Shown here piece by piece: positions 50,556 through 64,000 of a stretch of DNA of 64,000 bases. This DNA is from Octopus sinensis (Eukaryota): positions 126,542,001 to 126,606,000 of the forward strand of contig NC_042999.1 in the NCBI RefSeq assembly GCF_006345805.1. The letters run 5' to 3'. The notes under the pieces were generated by a model. That model was given only the letters and a program-made list of their open reading frames with translations. It searched no databases and had not been told where the DNA came from. The translations under genes and the position numbers were made by a program. How positions within the stretch are numbered: position 1 is the stretch's first letter; each line of letters starts with the position of its first letter.

Positions 50556-51608
50556 ATATGCTTCAACATATGAACTCACATAAAGAATCTTGCAAACCAA
50601 ATCCAAAAACGATATATATATATATATATATAAAATAACAGAAATTAATGAATACATTATACTCTATTTAAATACAAAAATACAATTTTCAAACTAATAA
50701 AACTACAGCAGGGAAATTTTAGAGACAAATTAAATTCTGTCAATTTTGAACAGGATGAATTTTTTCTTTCCCCTCCCCACGTAAGGGTGAATTGATAATT
50801 TTTACAGCTTTTCTTAACATTAATCACTTCACTTCCTCTGGTTCTCCTAAATGAGAAAACCCCAGAACTACTCCTACTTCACAGTTGGCAGGTGGTTAAC
50901 AGTATTTGGATAATAGGGGAAAAACCTCCACTTATCTTAGCAAGAAAATATAGAGACAAAAAAGGAAAGAAACTTACAGACAGTAGTTTGTTTGTGTTAT
51001 ATGATTGTTTTGCCATGCATGAATGGGTTGCACAAATATGTTGAGACATTGTTTTATAGCTGGATACTCTTCCTGATGCTAACTCTCATCTGTTTCCAAA
51101 TAAGGTATCCCTTTTTCTCCACAAGGCTTCAAACACATGAAGTACCCAGATTATTTGTTGACAGGAGAAACTGACAAAAACATTGCCCACCACATTGCCT
51201 TAAAAGCAACTGGCGACAAAACACACACATATATATACATTCAGGTTCCCATCTACCAAATCCACTCACAAGGCTTTGGTCAGCCCAAGGCTGTAGTAGA
51301 AAACACCTGCCCAAGGTGCCATACTAAGAGGGACTGAAAACAAAACCATGTGGCAGAGAAGCAAACTTCTCAACAACACAGCCATGCCTCTGTGTGTAAG
51401 CATAAAGACTGCATGTTTGCTTACTGAGATCAAGTAACTTGTTTGCAATGTCAGAATCCAAGTTAGACATTGTATTATATGGCTGAACAATTTTTTGAGA
51501 AAGTGTCATTTCTTTCCTTTTTTTATATATAAAGTTGTAAATTAAAAATACTAAAAATACATGAAAAAATAAAATATTTAACAAGTCCTGATTATTTCTT
51601 ATACTTAC

Positions 51609-51728
51609 AAAGCACCTCGAGCAACAAGAGCTTCTACGTTGCTGGGATCTATCTGAAGAGCTTTATTAAACATCTGCATTGCTTCTAATTCTTGGTTTCT
51701 TTTAAATAATGCAATTCCTTCAGCCACA
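51609..51728 (-). CDS. TTC14: TTC14 exon, first TPR
   Basis: gttatag|T GTG...GCT TT|gtaagt; [39 protein letters not shown](L) vs recalled human ...[20 protein letters not shown]. Confidence 0.95.
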
Positions 51729-51964
51729 CTATAACGACAGAATACAAAATAAATCTTAATATTATTCTCATAAAATACAATTTCAGGTTTATTGAATAAA
51801 AAACATTTTTATAATAAATCTTTGATGAAATTAAAGATTAATTAAATATGTGGTGTATCCCTGATGGCGAGCTATCATAGATAGGGAGGCAGTCTCTTCT
51901 AGAATAATTTGAGGCAAGTTTGGAAGTTTGAAATTTAAAAGAGGAAAGAAGATGGTGTTCAGAA

Positions 51965-52639
51965 CAGTGGCGGCTCGTAGATAAAATTAGTGGTGGTGCT
52001 GCTTCAGAAAATTTTTAGCTATTGTTTTAATATTGTGTAAAAGGAAACAAACATATAAAAAGAAAATTTATACATAAACTTGATGAGTTCACAATTTAGC
52101 CACTGCTGGGTAGTGTTTTTAATTTGTTCACTGAACACCACTGTGAATTCCACCTTGTTTTTCAAAAATCCCCCTAAATCACAAAATAGGGGGGGGGGGG
52201 CTATTTTTCAAATACTGACAACAACACTGAAGCTGAAAGCTGGATAATAATCTAATTCTACACTTTATGACATTCAAGAACATAAACACGTTTTTAAGCA
52301 CAACACATGTGGAGTCAAAAAGAAACACTACCTTTCACCAGCACACCAGTGCTCTCTCTGCCTAGCATGAAGCTTCCTATCTTGGATACATGAGCATGTG
52401 CACAACAGCCAAACACCACATCGCTGGAACTGTGAAGCACACAGTCTATACAAGGATTTTTGTATTTTTTTCATAAATTAAGGGATGGCTACTGACATTA
52501 AGCATAAGGATTATATAATGAACAAGTATAAAGAATGAATTAAAGAAAAAAGGACTCATTATATTGAATGTTATCAATAATATTGAGTGGAAATAGGGGG
52601 TGCTGCAGTTCTGCAATGCCTATACACAAGCTGCCACTG
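51965..52639. mobile_element. Non-autonomous hAT-type element, 675 bp
   Basis: TIRs CAGTGGCGGCTCGT / ACAAGCTGCCACTG; 8-bp TSD gttcagaa / gtccagaa (7/8). Confidence 0.75.
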
Positions 52640-53659
52640 GTCCAGAATATACACATTTAATATTTCTGTTTCCTATACATAAAGGTATTAAAATTTCTAG
52701 TCATTTGTAGTCATGTAAAGCATCTTTTCATCCTTCCTTTAGTATAGTCAGCACACCAAGACAAATAAATTATGCTAAATTCTACATTTTACAAAGTTAG
52801 GAAGCTATAAGTTATCCTCACAATTATTTGATTTTATTTAACAGTCTCACTATAAGATCATGTTGTGAAATTAACATTGCTATTTCTAATAGAATGGAGA
52901 AATAACAAATTTTAAACACTTATATACTGTAACAGTTATAATCATCAACAAACAAATTAGCAGGACTTTTATATCTACTTGGTCTGATAAGTGAGAAGTC
53001 AAAACTAAGGGAGATTACCCATTGACACGATCCAACTATCGTAAAACCAAGAAAAAAATCATCTATGAAAAAATTATCAAAACTATATATAAAAACAAAT
53101 TAGTTGTCTTAAAACTAATAGAGTCGCTACTAATTATATTAAGATATGGTGGCATCTTAAATGTTAAAAAGCATAAAGGACTAATTCTAATGCTTGATTT
53201 CAAGATTGTTTTTTATTTGTTTTCATCTACACTCGCATTTTGTTTCCATTTACAGATTTGGTCATTTTAATAACAAATATTTTTATGTTTGCATTAAATT
53301 AAATTTTCCATGTTTCTGTTAGCTCAATTTTTAATCATACTTTTATACTATACAGTAATTCTCAATGAAAACATAGGTGTCTGACTTAGGATTCTTCCAG
53401 ATTACTTTTATTCTTTCTTCTTTATCTCTCCATTTGTAATCACCATGTTAACATCTTGATTGAAAAGTCGTGAATTTGTATTTGTTCATTGGACATAACA
53501 CAAAACAGCTTCTCACACGCATGCTTGACTGAATAATAACAGGTTGAGATGAAGCAATGCAAAATGGATTTTTTTTTTTTTGTGCTTATACTCCTCTCTT
53601 TTATCTCACTCTATAAGTTCATCTTGCACATTCAATATTTCATACTCATATTATTTCAT

Positions 53660-53995
53660 TTGCGTTCTGGATATATTCTACCTTCATTGTTTGTATGCTC
53701 CATCTCCTGCTAGATCATCCTACCAGGCCTTTATTCTCATGTACCAGCTGCAGGCTGAAAGAGGCCTCATGGCAGGCCCCGCACCAAATGGCTGAACATG
53801 ATTGGGGTGGATCTCCAGAGGCTCAATGTCACCTTGGAGGATGCAGAAGGGCTGGTACGGGACCACCAGCAATGGAGAGTACTGGTGGACCTGATCCGCT
53901 CTATGCACATAATGATGTCTCTGGTACCACTAGCCTGGAGTGACCCCAGTCCCATCAAGCAAGAGCATGAACCAAGTAAGCAAGCAAGTAATATA
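53660..53995 (+). mobile_element. RTE-clade LINE 3' end
   Basis: KWLNMIGVDLQRLNVTLEDAEGLVRDHQQWRVLV, typical of the RTE C-terminus; (AAGY)n tail. Confidence 0.7.
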
Positions 53996-54950
53996 TTATA
54001 TCTGATACAAGCCATCTTATAAACATGATTTCTTATATGAAGCAGAAAAGAGAGAAAGAGAATATATTTGTCACTTGCAAAATAGTCTTCAAAGCCTCTT
54101 CTTCGACCTAGAAGCTATGCTATTATTGAGTCAATCCCATGAAGCTGTTAGGCAACCTTTTCAACAGAACTTACCTACTACCTCCAATGAATCAATATAT
54201 TCTATAGAATTCACACCTTAGACGCACAAACACATTTATTTTTCAGAAACCACTTTAAAATACGTTCACTGTTGGGTTTCAATGATGACAACAACAATAA
54301 TGGTGGCAACAACAATAATGACAATGTATTAAGTTCTTTAATTCACTTAACTCATCTTGTCTTTGAAAATGTTTCACATTCTGTAACAACTATATACATA
54401 TCTTCCCAAAGATACCTGGCACTCCATCAGTTCCAACAATGAAAGTTCCAATTGAGCCAATCAATGGAACAGCCTGCTTGTGAAATTAACATGTAAGTGG
54501 CCAAGCACTCCACAGGCACATGTACCCTTAACATAGTTTTCAGGGAGATTCAGCATAACATAGAATATGACAAGGCTGGTCCTTTGAACTACAAGTACTA
54601 CTCATTTTTGCAGCTGAGTGGACTGGAGCATTGTGAAATAAAGTGTCTTGCCCTAGGGCACAATGCACCACCAAGAATTGAACTCATGACCTTATGATCA
54701 TGAACCAAATGCACTAAGCTATGCACCTTCACTACCTTTCCATAGATAGTTACTATAACAATTGCTCATATAACTTTACATGGACAACCATTTTAAAAAT
54801 ATTTCAGAATAGCATCAAATGTGGAAATATGTTGATGGTGACTGAAAACAGAGCCTTACTCCACAATAACTATAATTTACATACTGCAACAATAAAAAAA
54901 GATTCTCAAACACACTTTATATAAATAAAAGAAAAACAATCAAAACTCAC

Positions 54951-55022
54951 CTCTTGTTAGCCATTCGTCTCGACTGAGCATTGCTAAGTCCTTCTGCAAA
55001 TTCAGTTTCAGGAAGTGAAAAC
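54951..55022 (-). CDS. TTC14: TTC14 exon
   Basis: ctcttag|G TTT...AAG AG|gtgagt; FSLPETEFAEGLSNAQSRRMANK(S) vs recalled human [22 protein letters not shown]. Confidence 0.9.
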
Positions 55023-56782
55023 CTAAGAGAAAAGAAATAGGATCAGATAAAAATATGTCAAATACACTTTTTTTTATTATTATTTTTAGGATTTCATGAT
55101 TAAATAGTGATTTTCATTGTTGTTTTAATTGATTTTTTTTTTTTGAGAGAGAGAGGAATTGTTTTGCATTGCTTGATGTACATTCTATTCAGCTATAAAA
55201 TAGGTGTGGAACAAGTCTGTTCAGCTATAAAATAGGTGTGGAATAAGACATGGTAAAGAGAGTTAAATGTCATGTACAAGGCAAAAAAACATTGCTATAT
55301 TGAAGCAGAGAATGAGAGAACTTTTACAGTCACTTAAACCACACCTTAGGATCTTGAAAAAAAAAAAAAGGTATACATTGAATAATCTTTAATAATAAAT
55401 TCAACAGAGCAATAATGTAAAAAATAAACAGGAAATGGATGTTAAGGAAAAAATGTTCTGATTAGAAAAATAACATTTTATAGATTTCTACCACATGTAT
55501 AATCTAGTGGAGTTAGAAATATTGGTTTCAAATTTTGGCCCAAGGTCAGCAAGTTTTGGGGTTGGGGTAAACTGATATCAACCCAGTGCTCAACTGGTAC
55601 TTATTTTATCAACTCCAAAATACTGAAAGGCAAAGTTGATCTCAGCAGAATTTGAACTGAGAATGTAAAGATGGATAAAATGCCACATAGTATTTTGCCC
55701 AGCCTTCTGGAGTTGAGTTAGAAATATTAATAGAAAAATATACACAAGCATGCACATATATATATATCATCATCATCATCGTTTAACGTCTGTTCTCCAT
55801 GCTAGCATGAGTTGGACGGTTCGACCGGGGATCTGGGAAGCCAGAAGGCTGCACCGGGCTCCAGTCTTATCTGGCAATGTTTCTACAGCTGGATGCCCTT
55901 CCTAACGCCAACCACTCCGTGAGTGTAGTGGGTGCTTTTTATGTGCCACCTGCACATATATATATAGCTGTGTAAATCTATGTGGTGTGTGTGTGCATTT
56001 TGTGTATGCATATATATGCACACAATGGCCATAATGTAACAATCACTATAGTGTACTAATGTTCTACAGACTAATCATAATAGCAATAGAGTACCAGTGA
56101 TACCCTTGTTTTTCATCTATATCATCAATTATAACAGAAAAATTATCTTTATCAATACATTCAAGTTTTACATCACAACTGGACATGCATACACATAATC
56201 ATTACAAACCACTGTATGTTTTGATCATACAGTCTTATCAACCTTCATAATGACTAACAAGCGATCCTGTTAGCCATTCAAGTGTATAAGTCAACAAGTA
56301 ACAATTCACTAGTTCATTACTTCAGTAATATATATATATTTTAGATGCCCTTCATAAAAGATCACATGCATATTCTATATCGATGTGACCTTTCATTAAT
56401 ATACCAGCACTTACTTATAGATACAAACACTACACAGTGAGTCATTTTTTCTTTGCTTGTACACATAAATACATGTATGCATACATACACATCTGAAGTA
56501 ATTCAAATCACAACAACGATACATTTGTTATACATATTTTTAAGTGTATAAACTCTATCATACACTTAAAAATGATAATTCAAACTAAGAAATTCCTAAT
56601 ATGAAAACACATGAAATTAGCAAATTAGAAATGAAAACAAGCATTATCTCCAAATTATTGTATTTATTAAAGACAGAATTTTAACAGTTCTGTATTTAAT
56701 AGATACATTACCACAACATAGTCAATTTTATAAGTCAATTTGAAGAGCTAATGAGAAGGAAATAATGAAAATTTACACTTAC

Positions 56783-56926
56783 TTGTTCAAGCTTCTTGTT
56801 AGAGAACCTGTGTCTTCAGGATGTTTCAACAACTGTAGCAGGTAAGGAATACAGCCAGAATTGTTAAAGCCAATCACAGTATGAATCAATTCATCATAAG
56901 ACAAACCACAATAATACATCTTCCGT
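56783..56926 (-). CDS. TTC14: TTC14 exon
   Basis: atttcag|A CGG...AAC AA|gtaagt; RKMYYCGLSYDELIHTVIGFNNSGCIPYLLQLLKHPEDTGSLTRSLN(K), aligning to the recalled human LGFVNPGVVEFLLEKL region. Confidence 0.9.
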
Positions 56927-57558
56927 CTGAAATACAATAATCATAATGTAGGAACCACTATGGTGTAAAAATGTTTTACAGGGTAATATTAAATCTAATA
57001 GAGTGCTACTGATATTCTCTGGTGGATAATGGAATGATAGAGATTACTTGTTTCTAGCAAGTCAAATGATTGTTTCTTCATGTCAAAAACATTTTTAACT
57101 ACACCTGGCATAACAATTCATTAGTAAAGCAACCACACTATAAACTCTGCTTTTCATTAACCATCTGGATTAGAAGTTACTTGAAACTTTGACTTTGTAC
57201 TGTTGATGGCAATTTTAAAATGTTGACAGGATAGAAAACATATTCTTAATATCACAACAAAAGTATATCATTTTGTTCTGTTATTTTAATCCTTTCATGG
57301 TGAAATTAAATTTTATAGTTATTTCAGTAATAACGTTAAATATCTGCCAAGAAATAGAATTGGTGTCTTCTGGAAGTCATGTTGTTACAATAAACTTGAT
57401 ATATCTCAACAGAAAGTACTTTCAAACATGACATTCCTTAACAAAAGATAGATTGGTATATAAAACAGCTTTCCACAGTTATGAAATTTTGAGTGGAAGT
57501 ATTTGCTGTCTGCAGTAAAATGACTTTAAAAAACCCACAAAACAAAATAAAATGAAAC

Positions 57559-57596
57559 CTGTAGTGAACTGGTAAATCTTCTGTCGTAATAAGGCC
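57559..57596 (-). CDS. TTC14: TTC14 38-nt exon
   Basis: ttttcag|GGC...TAC AG|gtttca; GLITTEDLPVHY(R) vs recalled human GVISSEELPLYYR. Confidence 0.9.
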
Positions 57597-58305
57597 CTGA
57601 AAAAAAAAATTGGACAAATTTATATCAAAGAGAAATCAAGAAATTAGAGAGAAAATTTTCAATTCCAAAAACAATACCTTACACTTACATATAATAACAC
57701 TGTAACAGAATTTATACTTTACTTTTGTCTTTGGTCAGTAAATGTTATTTCCTATTTGCTTCAGTCTAGAAATCAAAGGAAATGACTACTATTCCCTTCA
57801 AACTTTGCTTTTGTAACCTGGACATCAATGTTTTGAAACTGACCTATTTTCCATTACATTTCAGACAGATTCAGTACTGAGTTGCTGAAGCAGAAATATT
57901 GTTATAGCAAATATTTTGGTCAATACCACAGATTTGCTTGTTAGTTTCTTGACCATAACCACTTGAGCATGTCTCTTAGTGGACCACAATATGTGCATCA
58001 CTGAGTAGTGGGGGAGAGCTTACAGCCATATGTTGAGAAGAATTCTTCGGCATTTGAATAAATGTATTAAAAAAATACAAATTTTGAAGAAAATATTAGC
58101 TATTTGTTGTAGTTTCTAGGGGTAAGGAAATAACAATTGCTACCCAAGAACAAAAATTGTGTTACACAGTGTAAGTAGAATTTTAATTTCCAGATGTGGG
58201 CCCATGCATTTCCACAATAAAATTGGATCTATTTCCTTCAAGTTAACATACTTAACACAGCAATGATGCATTAGAGAATGAGTAAGGATACAGAGAGCAA
58301 CTTAC

Positions 58306-58400
58306 CAGCTTAGGAAAAGGGTAATTCTCAGTTGAAAGGTACTTATCAAGCATAGATATCAAGATTTTCTTATTTTCACGGTTGACATTAACAACTACAC
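58306..58400 (-). CDS. TTC14: TTC14 exon (end of S1-like region)
   Basis: atttcag|GT GTA...CTG|gtaagt; (G)VVVNVNRENKKILISMLDKYLSTENYPFPKL. Confidence 0.9.
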
Positions 58401-58568
58401 CTGAAATAAACACCATAACATCCATACAGCCTGTACATAATCACTTGACTTGCTACAAATATTAGTTAAATCTCATTCAAATCACTTAAAAACCATCTTT
58501 AAAAAAATAAAGTTGTCCTAGGACTACTTTATGTCAAAAACAAAAAAATGAAGACAGTTTTAAGACAT

Positions 58569-58731
58569 AGGCATAGGAGTGGCTGTGTGGTAAGTAGCTT
58601 GCTTACCAATATGGTTCCAGTTTCAATCCCACTACGTGGCACCTTGGGCAAGTGTCTTCTACTATAGCCTCAGGCTGACCAAAGCCTTGTGAGTGGATTT
58701 GGGAGACGGAAACTGAAAGAAGCCCATCGTA

Positions 58732-58813
<82 letters not shown>

Positions 58814-59035
58814 ATATGTTTGTGTGTCTGTGTTTGTCCCCCTAGCATTGCTTGACAACCAATGCTGGTGTGTTTACATCCCCGTAACTTAGCGGTTCGG
58901 CAAAAGAGACCGATAGAATAAGTACTAGGCTTACAAAAGAATAAGTCCTGGGTTCGATTTGCTCGACTAAAGGTGGTGCTCCAGCATGGCCACAGTCAAA
59001 TGACTGAAACAAGTAAAAGAGTAAAAGAGAGTAAG
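58569..59035 (+). mobile_element. SINE family A, full length, young-looking
   Basis: ggcataggagtggctgtgtggtaagtagcttgc...cccgtaacttagcggttcggcaaaagagaccgatagaataag...gactgaaacaagtaaaagag. Confidence 0.88.
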
Positions 59036-60600
59036 AAGAGTTACAGCCGGAACAACTTCATCAATCTATTTGATCAGGATTGACCTGGATTTAAACAAAA
59101 ACACTCTAATAGGTTAATGATATCATCAACCATGTAATCAAACAAACTGCAATACTGCTCACAATTTGGGACAATGCTGCTGTTGCTGCTACATTCACAA
59201 CATTTTAGGCTATATCCAGAAGAAGAGCATCTGACTAATTTTCAAAAATTTACCTCTCAATATACACCAACCACTAGCACATGGATATGATGTTGCTTAC
59301 TGCACTTTTTTATTTCTGAAATGGCCACTGCTTCTCTGAATTAGCTAACTTCAGTTTCCATATACTGAATGTATTCACAAGGCTTTTCCAAGAAGGCTTT
59401 TGCTCAAAGATATAATAGGAGGCAATTACCCAAGGTGCCACATGGTAGGATTGAACCTGAAGCCACATAGCTGAGAAGTGAATTTCTTAACCACCCTGGT
59501 ATGCCTGCATCACACCACACACCATTATCCACAAACCCACACGCAATCTTCAATAGTATCACCACACATACCACTATATGAACAATCACACACACACACA
59601 GTTTAACTCAGTATATACACCACAAACCATCATGCACACTCCCACATCCACACAAGCACATAAAACCTGAACACAGACAATATATACACACACATGCAAC
59701 ACGAATAGACAAAGATAACTTTCACCAACAAACATACACTATAAACATGCACACTATTTCATCACAGACATACATACATACATATGTACACACACCACCT
59801 GAACAAGCACACACACACACGCACATACATTAGACTCACCCACTCCCATTCACACGTACACACGCACATGTACATTAGACTCACTCGCCCCCATTCACAC
59901 ATACACACCATTCTTGCATGCACACACATGCTTGTGCACCTTAGTTCGTTGGAGTCACCATTACCTTTACCAGTATTATTATTATCTCCCTTTCATTCAA
60001 CCTCTTTTTTTCCAGTCATCTTGCCATGTTGGACTATGCACTTTTTTCTCTCTCTGTTTTTTCTTTCTCTCTCCATTTTTTTCTTCTTAATCCTTTCTAT
60101 TGAAGAGCATGGGCTTGAAACATAAAAGACTTTTCCGTTTTTCCTGAGTGTTAAACTAATACACCTGCTTGTTGTTCCTACACCTGTCTTCATCTTTTGT
60201 TTTCTATAAATTTGAACTATATATATCATCATCATCATCACCATCGTTTAACGTCTGTCTTCCATGCTAGCATGGTGGATACATGAGTTAATTTTGGTAT
60301 TCTTTAGGCTTGACTATTAGGTTAAAAAGAAAGACTCCAGCTTATCTCCCTATACTTGCTTTGCAATACAGACATTTCTTTACTTTTAAGCATTCATCTG
60401 CTTATCACACATTCACGTTTTTGCAACACTTCTTCATACTTTCATACTCAAAGAGGAAACAATTTTAGACATTAAATGTGCAAACATGCAGCTTAAAAGA
60501 TTGATATAAAGTGGTGATATAAAGAAGAGTATTAATAAAAAGTCACTGAGATATGGAAGAGATATGTTAAAACCTAACAAGATATGGCATTGATACCTAC

Positions 60601-60685
60601 CTCGTACTTTATCATTGACTTGAAATGCTTCGATAGGATTTGAATAGTTGTAATGCCGAGGCAATTCTTTGCAATGACAGAAAGC
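60601..60685 (-). CDS. TTC14: TTC14 exon (S1-like region); most 5' exon found in the window
   Basis: ttcatag|GCT...CGA G|gtaggt; AFCHCKELPRHYNYSNPIEAFQVNDKVR(G) vs recalled human [28 protein letters not shown]. Confidence 0.9.
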
Positions 60686-61762
60686 CTATGAAAAAACAGA
60701 AATAGGTTTGAGAAGAAATGGAAATTACTGTGTGATACAGAGAATACTTTAAACCATTTTGATATCAACCTGCATGAGACAGCCCCTTGTTTTATGATAC
60801 AAATACTGTTTTAAGGCAATCTAAATTAAAACCTTCCATCAATATATCATGTTAACATAAGTTGCAAACATTATCTTAATAATCTTTATTATAGGCACAT
60901 CATCATTATCATCATCATTATCATCATCATCATCATTTAACGTCCGTTGTCCATGCTGGCATAGGTTGGATGGTTTGGCTGGGCTGGTATGCTGGAAGGC
61001 TGCACCAGACTCATCTGATTTGGCAGTTTTCTATGGCTGGATGCCTTTCCTAACGCCAACCATGGGTGCATTTACATGCCACCAGCACAGGTGCCATTTG
61101 CATGACACTGGGGTGCATATATATGCCACCCACACAGGTGCCAATTTGCATGACAGGTGCCAATCTGTCACAACTGCAATTTTGCTTGGCTTGATGGGTT
61201 TTCTTCTCAAGCACAACATAATGCCAAAGATCTTGGTCATTGTCACCATGAAACCCAACACTTGAGAGGAACTCAGCCACTTTGCCTCTGTGAGACCCAA
61301 TGCTCAGAAGAAATATATATACACACACACACATATATATACAAGTGTATATAGACATACACATATATATATATATATATAATTAAGAAAATGGAGAGAT
61401 TTAATGGATGTAAATCAATTTGTTAATAATTTATATTCATATGAATTGGGATGTGGGGTGGGGGTTAGCTAATTAAATTGACTCCTGTGTTCAACTGGTA
61501 CTTGTTTCATCAACCCTGAAAGAATGAAAGGTAAAGTCAACCTCTGTGGAATTTGAATTCAGAACATAAAGACGGACAAAATGCTTAGCAATATTCTGTC
61601 CAGCATGCTAATGGTTCTGCCAAGTCACCATCTTAAACACCAGCTCAATAATGATTGTTATTTTACTAAATTCTTCATTTTCCCAAAATTAATAAAAAAA
61701 ACAAGCAGTGTATCTCAACAGAAATATAGTAATGAAAGGGTTAAGATGATTTTGACATTTAA

Positions 61763-61981
61763 CCCTTTAACATTCACATTATTCTATCAAAGGTAACACT
61801 TGTTTATTCAAATTGTTTTGGAGTAATCATACATTAGCTTGAAGCTTTGAGATTTTGATGATGTGATTATTTATTTTAAAATGACACTGTAGGGAAGGTA
61901 TGAGAGGCCAGATCTAGCCAATATGAACATAAAACAAGTTGAATATTTGGGCCAGATATGGCCAGTTTAAATATCAAAGGG
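61763..61981. mobile_element. piggyBac-like MITE
   Basis: TTAA|CCCTTT ... AAAGGG|TAAT (degenerate right TSD). Confidence 0.5.
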
Positions 61982-63352
61982 TAATTATGTTTTTTTTTTA
62001 TATAATTATCTTTCTTTTCTGTTGTTCCACATAGTTGAATAAATATCAGTATCAACATGGAAAGAGGTAACAATGATAGAGAAACTACAATCTCTTATTT
62101 GATGCTCTATTATATACGATTTGAGACCTCCACTATTTTTAGCTCAGTTATTGTCCAGGCTGATCCCTCTTAAAACAATAAGAATCAGTAATATAGTAAC
62201 TATATTAAACTAGCTATGCTCATCCTTCACAAAAATAATTAGTTCTGCACCAACACAAAAGAAATCAATATCATCAAAAGAACTGATAGGCATTTGGCAA
62301 TTTGACTGCCTTCCCTAATATGTATTATTAATTAACAAAAACTGAGGAAAACAACATATTAGGCTACCTGCCACAATCAACCTACCAGAAAATACGTCTT
62401 TATCCATTCATAAAATACTAGCTCTAAACAATTGATATAAATGTCTGAATTCACAAACAATACAAGATGGCTAAAGATGATCTATTTTCACTACATAATA
62501 TTGTTTTCTTCTTTTAGGATGAAATTCAGCTATGTATGTTACATTTTCAGTGATGATAGACAATTTTGATCATGATTAATATATTTTGATGATGACCATG
62601 ATTATGACAATGGTATTCTTGATCACAATCCCCATTGTAGCTTGGTATGGCTGAAAGAAACATTTAACTATATCAGTATGACAATATATTTTTCATAATG
62701 CTAAAATATCAAAATACATTTCACATAAAACACTAGCAGACATATAATTCTTACACTTCTAATTCTTTACAATTCCAATTCAACTGAAAACATGAAGAAG
62801 TAAATGTCCTATACAGATTATGCATGGATAACTGAGCTGAATGACAAAGTTAAATACTAACACAAGATAGGTTTTGTGATATCATGTTGATCTTGGAACT
62901 ATCCATTTTCAAATTAACTCACATAATCTTTTAATATAATTTATCAACTTGAAAAAAAAAAACATTTCCAACATGGGGATGTGTGATAAAATATTTTGAG
63001 AATGAAATTCCAAGCAAACAACTCTAAATATACAAAGATTTTATAGTAAAGGAAGTCATCCTCTTATATCGTTGTCATCATCATTGTCATCATTTTATCA
63101 TTTTAATGACCACTTTTCTATGTTTGCATGGGTTGGAAGGAATTTGTTGAGGCAGATATTCTTCATGTTGTTAACCTTCAGCTGTTTTCAAGTAAGATAA
63201 TATTTCCCAATGGCTAGGCATGTTTTCACAGAAGACTGGGAATAAAGGTCACTACTAAATGATAGTGAAGCTTACAACAATCACACAATGTCAAAATAAA
63301 GGGACACTAACTCTCTCTCTTTCTCACACACACATACACACAACAGGCTTCT

Positions 63353-63911
63353 ACCAATGACAATAATGTGATATAGACTTATGCACCTTTTAAAGAATAT
63401 TTATAAATAGGTATGATAAATATCTTTCCTGAAAACAAGAGGAATTCATGAAGTAAATGCTTAGCTTTAGAGATAAATGAATAAGAAATAACTGTTCTCC
63501 TGAGTATGATACCAATGTAGCATATATAAGATACATATATAATTTACTTGCAAGGCTTTGGTTCACCCAGGGTCATAGTAGATGACACTTGTCCAAGGTG
63601 TCATGCAAAAGGGCTGAACCTAGAACCAAGTAGTTGTAAAACAAGCTTCTTAACCACACAGCTACACCTGTACATGGAAATTTGTTGAAAATACTAAAAC
63701 AATACCAGCTCAGATGAGTTATCAAATCACCAATGACAATAATGTGATATAGACTTATGCACCTTTTAAAGAATATTTATAAATAGGTATGATAAATATC
63801 TTTCTTGAAAACAAGAGGAATTCATGAAGTAAATGCTTAGCTTTAAAGATAAATGAATAAGAAATAACTGTTCTCCTGAGTATGATACCAATGTAGCATA
63901 TATAAGATACA
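63353..63911 (+). repeat. 183-bp near-identical direct duplication (63353-63535 and 63729-63911)
   Basis: Copies differ at about 2 positions (cctg/cttg; tttagag/tttaaag); offset 376 bp. Confidence 0.9.
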
Positions 63912-64000
63912 CATTTCTAGGTAAATTGGGGAAGACAAAATTAGGTGTTCTTCTCAGTAAAGCATTGACAAAACACTAATAACAAATATAAACTACAAAA

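Noticed and set aside
60686-64000. Further 5' TTC14 exons (N-terminal S1 part)
   Set aside because: No exon with compatible phase and homology found; probably beyond position 64000

Overview
AT-rich, microsatellite- and SINE-dense animal genomic DNA. The repeat families and (TA)n/(CA)n load suggest an octopod (Octopus) genome, which is an inference. Two convergent genes are present. On the + strand are the last two coding exons of FBXO45/Fsn (SPRY C-terminus; stop at 18083-18085; earlier exons not found, probably upstream of the window). On the - strand are ten coding exons of TTC14, all GT-AG and phase-compatible, totalling 3708 nt = 1235 aa plus stop; the 5' exons were not found and are probably beyond 64000. 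They encode the end of the S1-like region, three TPRs and a very long Ser/Arg/Lys-rich tail. Introns and the 23-kb intergenic gap hold decayed LINEs (CR1/L2-like, RTE-X, Dong/R4), a mariner with TIRs, a DD37E-spaced Tc1-like element with IR/DR ends, hAT, piggyBac-like and Tc1/mariner-type MITEs, a Helitron, and several tRNA-derived SINE families. Most notable: (i) several type I hammerhead-ribozyme-like folds in short repeats, one with an intact core at 707-791; (ii) long fold-back elements in the TTC14 pre-mRNA, including a ~226-bp-arm mariner palindrome starting 17 nt from a 5' splice site, which are candidate ADAR substrates; (iii) Dong/R4 fragments next to (TAA)n tracts. All coordinates and translations were derived by eye; repeat boundaries are approximate unless termini are quoted.
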